From: Tubiluchus corallicola
Taxonomy: Eukaryota; Animalia; Priapulida
NCBI GenBank assembly: GCA_030141605.1
Contig: JAQGDQ010000580.1
Location: 62,001 to 126,000, forward strand
Length of the DNA stretch: 64,000 bases
Reading direction: 5' to 3'
Shown here: in pieces, positions 1-58,609 of the stretch
Numbering within the stretch: position 1 is the stretch's first letter
How the letters are laid out: every line of letters starts with the position of its first letter
Notes under the pieces: model-generated
Databases searched by the model: none
What the model saw: only the letters and a program-made list of their open reading frames with translations
Told to the model about the DNA's origin: nothing
Program-made: the position numbers and the translations under genes

Positions 1-318
1 GATGATGCCGACAATGACATCGACGCTAATACTTTTAGAAAAAATTATAATTATAGTATTTTTATAAATTTAAATCATAATTTAACAAACATAATAAAAC
101 TTATTTTGTAACAACGCAACAATATTTTGCGTATCAGAAACTCTGCTTTTATTTTCTTCTACTTTTCTTTTCTTTCTGCTTTTCCTTCCCTTTTTTCTCA
201 ACATTCCCCATCATTCTTACAAGTTCACAAGTTTGCTAATACATCAATGAAAAATGGTAACAACAACTGGTAGTAGCAGACACAGGTGGCAGTGGCATTG
301 GTGGTGGTGGTGAAGGGT

Positions 319-491
319 ATTGCATAAAAACAGGTGCTGTACCTCACAGTTCAGAGGTGTTCAGTTGTCACATAGTGTGCACATGTTCTACAGCTGATGC
401 GTGAGCACAGCGATAAACTTGAATTTCAATTTTAAACTTAAAATCTTGGCAACGCTTTGTATATTGTACATTAGCACTGTACTTCAATTTT
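319..491 (-). repeat. Dispersed repeat; diverged inverted copy of 54522-54700
   Basis: The reverse complement shares AAAATTGAAGTACAGTG, CTGTGCTCACGCAT, TCTGAACT and GAGGTACAGCA blocks in the same order as 54522-54700. Confidence 0.75.
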
Positions 492-586
492 CGCTTTGGT
501 GAGCATGTGCAACACACTCATACATTGCTGTTGATATAAATTCATATAAAAAAGACTAGATAATTATCTGTGCAGAAGGCAACTTC

Positions 587-1468
587 GGTGCTATTACACT
601 TTCGCACCTCCTAGTTTTTTCTGGCCTATTGTTTGTTTTCAGGCCTGCAGGCCAGAAAGCAGACCAACAGGCGTAATATACACCAGATTCCCATAATATT
701 ATTGGTTTTTAGGCCTTACAATTCCAGGTTACAGTCATACATTACTTACCGTCACCAACACGCAAGAATCTCCACATGAATAACTGTGACGTATGTGGCC
801 CTTAACCTGTATTTTTAGTTTCTTTGCATAATTTATGATTATTATGGTTGCAACCGCGGGAGTTTGTATCGTATTACAGTGTTCCCTCACTACTTCAAAA
901 ATATTAATGTGAAATATTTATCGCGGTATCTTCGCTGTTTCGATGACATCAGAATAGTGGTAATGATGACGATAATGAAAAAAACAACACTGCAATAATG
1001 GTGGTGATAATGAGTATATAAAACTAAAATGCCATTACAATACTGTGTCATTCATTGTCTTATCTTCAAAAGACTTCCCGAATTTTTTGTTTCTTCTTCA
1101 CTGTATAGTCAGATCCAAGCTGGCATATACGAGGAAATTATCTTAGACGACTACAGTTATTTATCAATAATTTTATTTCGTAAATGCGGTTAATAAAAAA
1201 GTGTGTCACGTGCCTTTTAAGCTAGGCCCTGATAATGCCTAAACTAGTATGAAATTCGTCACGTGATTACACTACACACACAAACATGATGGCGATACGA
1301 ACTGTATAGTGTACAACTGTGAATACAACGTAATTATACACTAAATATATGAGTAAATTACCACGAGATTAGCGGAAACATTCACTGATGACGTGAGAAT
1401 AATAGAATAATGACCTACGAGCCTAGAAACGAGTAATAACCTAGAAGGTGCGAAAGTGTAATAGCGCC
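587..1468. mobile_element. Non-autonomous DNA transposon (MITE), Merlin- or MULE-like
   Basis: 28-bp TIRs at 587-614 and 1441-1468 (GGTGCTATTACACTTTCGCACCTCCTAG, 2 mismatches); perfect 9-bp TSD GGCAACTTC at 578-586 and 1469-1477. Confidence 0.9.
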
Positions 1469-3137
1469 GGCAACTTCTCTTCTGAGCTTTTAAGGCCTGC
1501 TGTAATTTGTGTGCTTGCACTACGTAGGTGATTATTCAACTGATTCTTTCTACTCAATTTTAACATCTTATCCACCACACTCACCTTAGATACCAAGTAT
1601 TGGGTCTTTTCTGGTGCGTCTAATTGGAGATTATTCTGGCCTGGATATTATTTTACTTCAGTTTTCAAACCCTTTGTTTTAAACTAGAATTTTTGCATCT
1701 CACTTATGGTGCGAAAGAAACATTGACCAGCGACTCGATAAATTAAGGCATTATGGTTTGTCATAATTTTACTTTTTATTATACCAATTACAACTACATG
1801 ATTTACAACCCACTGAGACCATATTTTGCGCGTTATGATTTGCACTCGGGTCATTGTTAGTGAAGAATTCAGAAAAACCTTGTTAGTACTAATGACTGCC
1901 TACAATGTGAGTGTGTTCCGTCTTTCTATTATCCTTGCCAAATTAAACGCTATATTATTTTGTTAACAATACCAATACGTTAGAATACAGCGAAAACATG
2001 ATTAAAAACTTACACAATATCCGGCACACGCAAAATGGAAACCAACACACAGGCTGTGACGTTTTCCCGAAAAATACCGTTCATTCGTGTGATTTACGTC
2101 TTCGAAGGTGTTTTTCCACGACTCTCAAAACAAGTGAAATGTACAGCAAAAGGCATTGTATTTATTCTTCAAGAATTTAAATTGCCAGGTAATCAATCAA
2201 TTATGAAACGCCAAAATAAAAATATTTTAATTTTATTATAATCTTGCTATACTAGCATCTACAGCAAGTAAATTATTAAATGGTTTAATTATCACCGTTT
2301 ACAAAAAACGGGGCGTGATACAACAATTTTAATCAAATACAAGAGTTAGTGATGATTTTTATAGAAAAATAAAATTATGACATAATATCGTTGGTAAATG
2401 AATGGGTGACGAATGAACTGAAAACCTGAAAAGCTATTGGAGTCAGCCATCCATGCAATTAGGTGTGTGTTACAGTGAACTGATACATTGGTTATTATCA
2501 GTTTATGTAATGTTAGCTGGAATTCGGCATTTTGAGACTACAATATTATTACGTTTAGACAATTAATTTGTATATTGATAATTTGTGAGCCAATTTATAA
2601 GTCATAATAGATTATTATTGTAGCGATACGAAGTAGAGATGATGGATTGCCATGATAAACATGTAATGCATGATCACAAAACACAATACATACAGGTATA
2701 TATACAAACATACGTAAAACATATGTAAATGTAGACATATACACCATATACTACACACATATAGACTGATATTATATGCACACGCATATATCTATTTTAC
2801 ATCTAAATCAATGTAACAGGTTGTTGAACAACTGTACACCTACCTCGCAAGCTGCATGCTATAGAATTCATGTAATGATCGAGCACATGATTATAAGAAG
2901 CTTATTTCAGTTGCAATTTGTAGGAAAAGTGAACGTGAAGTGTTATATTTTGTGACGCTAAAAGCGCTACGTGAAGCAAAACGAGCTTGATAATAATGTA
3001 CAAAGTTGATTGACGGTTCACTCACGTACCCATTGAAGTTTTTAGGTAACGACTATGTAGTTTTGAATTTAAACACAAATTCAGCTAATTCTATATTGAA
3101 AGATATTTTTTTAATTTTAATATATATAATTTTAATA

Positions 3138-3803
3138 GTCAAAAATGGTAAGTATTGTCAAAAATGGCAAGTATTAAAGGCTGCTAAAGATTTACATAAA
3201 AAGAAAGATTGCAAGAATGTTTATGTAAACCCTGATCTCACCTGGCGTGAACGCGAGGAAAATAAAAGGTTAGTCAGTGAACTAAAGTCAAGAAGGGCCA
3301 AAGGAGAAAAGGTTAAAATACATAAAAACCAAATAGTTAGCATCGATGAAGATAACATTACAAGCTCTCCTAAAGTACATTTTTCGCACCAGCATTCCGC
3401 ATTCATGCAGCAACAAGATAGTAATGAAACGGCAGCTTTTACAGAAAGCAACTGTATACCGATTTCCATGTCAGATGCAAATGACACAAAAGCTGTCGTA
3501 AGTGAACTTAAATCTCCGGAACAATTACGTGATGATGATAGTGATGCAGGATCAAATAAAAAGACGTCACCTAAACTCCGCTTGCTACCTGAACTAAATG
3601 AACAACTACAACAAACTACTACCAGTCCTAGGAATAAAACTTCAATTATCACAGGAATGATAGACCAGTATTTAACACCACCAAAATCGGTGGTTACCAA
3701 GAAAAAGTGACATGTGAACATTAATCATCCAGCTGTAAATAGTGTAAATATTTCTATTAACAGTGTGCGAACAATAAAGATATTCAATCAATCAATCAAT
3801 CAA
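3138..3803 (+). mobile_element. 5'-truncated CR1/L2-type LINE derivative: ORF1 C-terminal region followed directly by a 3' tail, with no ORF2
   Basis: KWQVLKAAKDL..KNVYVNPDLTWREREENKRLVSELKSRRAKGEKVKIHKNQIV is a typical CR1/L2 ORF1 motif. The frame is open to TGA at 3710, followed by AATAAA at 3773-3778 and (TCAA)5 at 3784-3803. Confidence 0.75.
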
Positions 3804-4874
3804 ATACTGCAAAACTAATAGTGATATCTGAAACCCTGTGCTACGCTTCTCGATCGCAGCGTGGCCACCTATTATGTTTATTTTTTAAATTGATAAAGTA
3901 AACAAGGAAGAGTGGAGAGGTTCATAATCTATTTATGCTTAACCTCTATCCTTCGACGGTAACGGTAACGAGTTTGTTAAAACAAGAGGTAGCATGCTCT
4001 CGGAAAGTAGCAAAGCAGATAGCTTTAATAATGATTTGAAAAACAGTAAGGATTTGCATTATAGTTTATTTCGCACATTCACATAGGGAAATGCTAGTTT
4101 GTGTATTAGAATGTAGATAGTGCCAAAGATTAGAATTGTCCTACTCATCTTATGCTCAGATTTTTACTCATCTTACAATTATGATTTAATATGTGAGTTC
4201 CAGTTCATTTTTTTGTCAACAAAAATACCGAATAAATTTCAGTTGAACTTACGTTTACCTGCTTTTGCTTTATGACTAGAGAAGTGAATTTGTTGACCTT
4301 AAAAGAAGATTTAGGATATCAAGTCTGGCCGTAAATAAATTGGTATCGTCTACAGGTAAGTATTTATAAAAAATAATTATAATTTTAGTCACTATTTTCA
4401 GCAATTTGCCCAAATCTTATAACGCCATTTACGAGATAAAATACCACATTATTTCTAAAATAATTATTGTAAACAATTGCAGGAATTTACGTAAAAATCG
4501 GTTGATTTTTGACATAAAGAATTCCGTAAGCATGCACCTATGGTTACTGATTTTGTTCTTTATCTACTGACTTGTAGACCTGTAGACTTCATTATCCAAG
4601 TACATGTGACACAAGTATGATAGACACAGCATGTGAAATCATTTACTATAAATGATGAATGCCCGTGTTATTGACAAATCAACGAATACAAAAGTCTCAA
4701 ACATTTTATAATTTGCAATTTTAATAGTATCTTTTGTTTTATCAAATTTGAATGACTTAAGAAGCCGTTAAGTATAGGAAGTGTTTAAGTATAGGAAAAG
4801 AGAAAAAACCTAAGAAAAAAGAAATGTGCAAGAAAAAGCAAAGATAAAAATAAAGCTTTCACAACAGAATAAAG

Positions 4875-4880
4875 TTTATT
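4875..4880 (-). promoter_or_regulatory. Candidate distal GRK polyadenylation signal, implying a 3' UTR of about 3 kb
   Basis: AATAAA on the minus strand followed by a long U/GU-rich tract (A-rich on plus, 4790-4865). Other AATAAA sites lie near 7502, 5523 and 5331. Confidence 0.4.
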
Positions 4881-6395
4881 TCTGACAAAGACGACAAAAA
4901 CATAGCTTGACCACGAAATACAATTAAATTTTATCTTAATTTACTCAAATTAACAGTAATCACGGCGCAAAATTATTAGATTTATTAAAAGATAATTATA
5001 TTAAAAGATGTAGTCATGACAACAACATTCCATCCTGCATATGATGCATACTTCTAATAAACAGTTGACCATATTAACTTCTGTTTTGAAGATCACAAAC
5101 AATTATAACATCATAATAATTATTTACATTTACATGACTTTGAATGCATAATGCATAATTATGGCATTTGATTTTTAAGTTATATATTCTTACAGTAAAA
5201 TCATAACATTAAAACATCTAAGAGAACAGAACAACATGTACCCTATTGTCCTTATATACATATAATTTTATATACTACTCTAAAAGTACGCACGTGCTTA
5301 TGACAGCTTCCTCTTTAAGCAATATCTGTTTTTATTGCTTCTACAATACTGTATGTACTAGCAGCAGAATGAGATTCTTTAAGAAACTAATACCGCACTG
5401 AGAAAACTGTGCATTTAAAAAGCACTGAAAATACTGAGACAATGTATTTCTAACTGGAGATGGTGTTACTCAAACAGCCAGGATTGCAAAATAAGTGCAA
5501 GACGCCACGACCAAACAGAACGTTTATTTGCCAGATAAAAGAATTTTGCAAAGACAAAATCAGTGCAGAAATAACACCTAGTTAACTAGTTCAGCTACAG
5601 TCAAAGCCGTAGTATTACAATTATTAAAAAAATGCAGAAAAAATTCACACAAAAGGCAATATGCATTATTATTAAGTTCACAATTTAGAGAACTGTTACA
5701 CAAAAATAAGCAACAAAATACGTCAAACAGAATACGTACCGCATAATAGTTAATGTATATACAATGTATACAAGCTTTAATCACACCATGATTTACACAT
5801 TCAGTATCAACAAGGTAGGTTCGTCTCTTGCTATTTTACAAATCTATCTAACCCTAGTTCGCAGTGTAATAATCGTATTCCTCATCAATGATTAGACATC
5901 AATTACATTAAAACATTATCATGGCACTATTTTACATAATTCTCGCAAAAGCGAATCATAGTGCTATGCAAAGATAAAAAGCAGTATTGGTTCGAAAATT
6001 CAACAGAACACGTAGTGCTTACTAAAACTGAAATTGATCTGTGCCATCAAAATGCCACAAATGACTAGTAATGACAAGGTATTTAAATATCTACACCATG
6101 AAGGCAATATAGCATAGAATTATACGTACTTCAGTTTTTACTGATATAACTGAAAGTTCAAAAACACAGTTTTGATAATTTACACCACTGTCCATTTAAT
6201 GACTAGACGTGATGATTGTACGCAACCTAACCAACTGATTTACACAACAGTAATGCTGCAAAGCAACTACAGTAGATTCTCAATTATCTGCACACAGACT
6301 ATCTGAACAACCAGTTATTTCAACCCTTTTTAAAACACCATAATGGTTATTTAATTGTCTGATTTCATGTTAACTATTAGCTAGAACTGCATGAC

Positions 6396-6517
6396 TTAAT
6401 AAACATTGTGTAACCCCATGTAACATACAATGTAGCTAATAATCTATGTAGAGTACAAAATGCAACTAGATTATTAGCTTCATTGTATGTTACATCAGGC
6501 TACACAATGTTCATTAA
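6396..6517. repeat. Long inverted repeat (hairpin) with 51-bp arms and a 20-nt loop
   Basis: 6396-6446 is the reverse complement of 6467-6517 with 5 mismatches. Confidence 0.9.
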
Positions 6518-7854
6518 TCCATAATATACAACTTTACTTGATGTGTCAAAGGTATAGTGAGGCCTGTTTGTAAGCTACAGTTTAGGATGCAAACCTGTGA
6601 TGTGAAAATGAATTTACAGCACATTAACAAATACAAAATGAAACGAAAAAAATGCATTGATAATGAATAACTGACAGATGATATGAAGACGGAAACTGAA
6701 AAAATGGTGACAAGTAAGAAATTACTATTGTCTTTTGATTACAAATTTTCCAATCAAATATCATGTTTAGTGTAACGTTTTTTTAAAAAAATTAGCTTAA
6801 AGTATAAATTAACTGTCAGTCTTTTTGGACATTTTTTAAAAATGTGTCAGTGTAATGCGCATTCCAGCAAAAACACGACATCAAGTAAATCTTCTTAGCC
6901 ACATTTCCAGAGAAAATAATGTACGTGCATTGAGATACATTTCAGAAGGAAAAATTACTGTTTAATTTCTTTCAGCTGGCTTAAAACCTACACTTATGGA
7001 TTGATAGAATCACAGTTTTTACATTTCAACAGTATGTGGGAAACAAAAAATATTGTAATTTTATGTTACTAAGAGCGTTTTTAGAACAGAGTAATGCAAC
7101 AAGTAGGCTTTAGTGACCAAAACCTGTAAAAAAGTCTCTGTTAAACTAATAAACGGATTTGAGTAAAGTAAAAAAAATCATCATTAAAATTAATGCATAG
7201 TTACATGCGAAAAATGTTCAGATGTGGGAGTAAAGTGAAGATTTACTGTATTCTGGTTGCTATTAATTTGAATAATCAAATTCTACCCTATAATCCAGTT
7301 TTTGTTGCAAAATAAAAGCTGTAAATGTGCAATAACAGCAAGCACTCGCTTCACATTTCAAGCAAATATCCAAGACAAAAACTAAGTGAGGCCTTTCCAC
7401 ACAAACCAAACATATGCAGTAAATATTTCACATTAAAAATATTACAGCCACACTCAATGATGATGGCAGCATCAGGTGTTTACATCTGCAAATGATCTAA
7501 ATTTATTTTTTATGTTGTACAATGTGCAGTGACTAGTTTTTGAAACTGCTGAGCAATGTAACAGAGTGAAGTTTCATTCCACTTAAGAAACCACTTTCAA
7601 GATTTTCCTGTAAAATTCATCATTTCGACAATATACGTGAAATTCACACAGCATAGCAAGTGGTAAAGTCACTAACCTGACTTGCTAACTTTTGGGCAAC
7701 ACAGAAAACTTTTAAATACAAGTGCTCTACCTGGCACTGCAAAGTTTCAGACAATGGTCATTCACACTTTTGTTGCATGCTCACTGTCAATCAGTAAGAC
7801 GAATTCACCGAACGTATTTGTTAAAAGTGTTCAGATGTCTAAGATTCATGATGT

Positions 7855-56514
<48,660 letters not shown>

Positions 56515-56742
56515 TTTTCAAGGAATCGTGCTGAAAATTTACGAACAAATGCCTTCACAAGTCCTTAAATCCAATAACTTTTGGTGCACACTTTTACCAT
56601 TGTATACACTGTAGCCGTAAAAACGCAACTGCAAAATTATTTTCCATGATTTTGCAAACTGAAGATCACAAATATTTCCACAGCACAACCAAAACACTCA
56701 CATATTCTCAACACAAAATTTTGTTTTTTCTAGTACCACCGC

Positions 56743-56798
56743 CAGCGCCATCTAGCAGCGTCAATTTTTAACTTTTTTCAGATATTGCATTCCCGCCC
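56743..56798 (-). promoter_or_regulatory. Likely GRK promoter region with a CTCF-like motif and a GC box
   Basis: The minus strand has CTGCTAGATGGCGCTG at 56758-56743 and GGGCGGG at 56798-56792, about 230-285 bp upstream of the ATG. Confidence 0.5.
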
Positions 56799-57569
56799 TC
56801 TGACTACGGAACTATAATACACCATGGTGTATAAAAAAATTATGTTAACCGTAAACTGGGTTTCAGATTTAAGAAAACGAATAGACCTTTTATTTTACAA
56901 AAGAAAACTTCAGAAATAACAGAAAGAATTTATAAGATTTTCATATAAATAATGCGAATTTATTTAAGAAATTTGCATTAAATAGTATCCTGCTACCTAC
57001 TTGTATTACCATAATACTGGTGCACAATATTTAGATTGGATGGTCCACAATCCCTTTTGTTAGCCCTTTCTCTAACGACTGACATTTGCAATAATTATTT
57101 GCAAGATACTTTTGTATTGACAGATATGAATGCACAGAATGTGGTTAATTATGCATAATCATACGTCTTGACACACTAAAAGTCATGGCAATCAAGTAAA
57201 GCGAAAAAGAGAAAAGTATGGGTGACAAATGTAGTCTATACATCAAAGAATTTATTATTTCTGTAATAAATATCAACAAAAAATCTACCAGTTATCTAAC
57301 AAAGTTTACAAACCAAACAAGTGTATATTATTCTGAATTTAGTAGAGCCATAAAATCTTACAAATGTGCACCACAGACACTTTAAAATTTACCACAAACA
57401 ATATGGAATAATATTTTGCACATGCACCAAGACTACACATCTTGTGGCTAATGTGGGCTTAGGCATATGCTGCAAAAATACTGTTAAAATGCAATTACAA
57501 TGTAATAAGTTCCTTCCACATATGAGACACAGTAATGAATTTAATGACTGTAATGCTGGATGTGCGATC

Positions 57570-57870
57570 TAGGATTTGTTAACCTTGGGAGTCCGTGAAG
57601 GTTAGAAAACATTTCTTTGCAAATAAATTAATTTTTTGTGGCATAGTCATAAATTTTTAAATGAAATTAAGAGTGTAAATTACAATTCTCTCAAATAGTT
57701 ATTTTACACTTTTTGTGCATAATAATAGCAATTAATTTTTAAATAGAATAAAAAATAAAAGTACTTATTCATCATATGCAAAATTCTATATTTGTGTGGA
57801 CATTACAAGGAATGGCATTCATGGTTTTTCACCACAAAAGAGTCAGTGGATAAAAAAGGTTGAAAAACAG
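57570..57870. mobile_element. Old hAT-Charlie-like MITE
   Basis: The ends resemble ...TTAACCTTGGGAGTCCGTG and AAAAAAGGTTGAAAAACA; degenerate. Confidence 0.35.
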
Positions 57871-58513
57871 ATTTTACTTAATTGTTAATAAAAAATAAAT
57901 AATATTAAGAACTATCAATGTGCATTTTGATATCCTTAGGTAAATTAAAATTTGATAATTGAAAAACAAATCTGTGTAAGAAAGATTTACCCAAATACTA
58001 CAGAAATATGTGCAGCTAGATTAAACTACAATGTAGTTTTTTGGTTTGCATAAATTTACCAATTTTTACGCAAAATACAGTGACTAATACAATAAATCCA
58101 TGAATCGGCGATACTCAACTTCCATAAATTATTAACATTAATCCCACTTATGTCTTAATCCATCTGATAATGCAAGACTATTTTTGCAACATTTCTCTTA
58201 GCCGATATAAAGGACAATAGCATTACACATTATTTGGACAATTTAATTTTCATCTTAGATTACTGTCAAAAATGAGGATACTCAAATAAAGTTGGACTTG
58301 ATACCAGCCGTACTAACAGGGCCTTGCAATGCCGACCTACTTACCAACTTTAAGAGTGTTATTACATGAAATTCACTTTCAAAATGTTTACTTTGTAGCA
58401 GCTGTTTAAATAAAAATGTGCATTTTTGGTACAGGTATAATTGTAAAAAGCAGAGAAATAACAAAGCAATAAATAATGTATAGATGGAAGATAGTAGATG
58501 TTGACATGGAAAA

Positions 58514-58609
58514 TCATAACGAGTTATCCGCTGTGTTGTTATCACCTCCAGCTGTGGCAGAGACTAAACCATCCAGCTCTTTTTTATGTCCTGTTTCAAC
58601 CAGCCATTC
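58514..58609 (-). CDS. TBCCD1: TBCCD1 last coding exon (96 nt)
   Basis: EWLVETGHKKELDGLVSATAGGDNNTADNSL*. Confidence 0.93.
   Translation of the reverse strand, partial: EWLVETGHKKELDGLVSATAGGDNNTADNSL

Noticed and set aside
3006-3137. N-terminal part of the 234-aa ORF
   Set aside because: It starts at TTG and runs through AT-rich flank; ORF1 similarity begins only at about 3157.
3221-3721. 166-aa minus-strand ORF
   Set aside because: It is the antisense shadow of the LINE ORF1-like frame and has no recognisable motifs.
4280-4525. Two small plus-strand exon-like segments with GTAAG donors
   Set aside because: Joining them gives no recognisable protein and an early stop; there is no support without RNA data.
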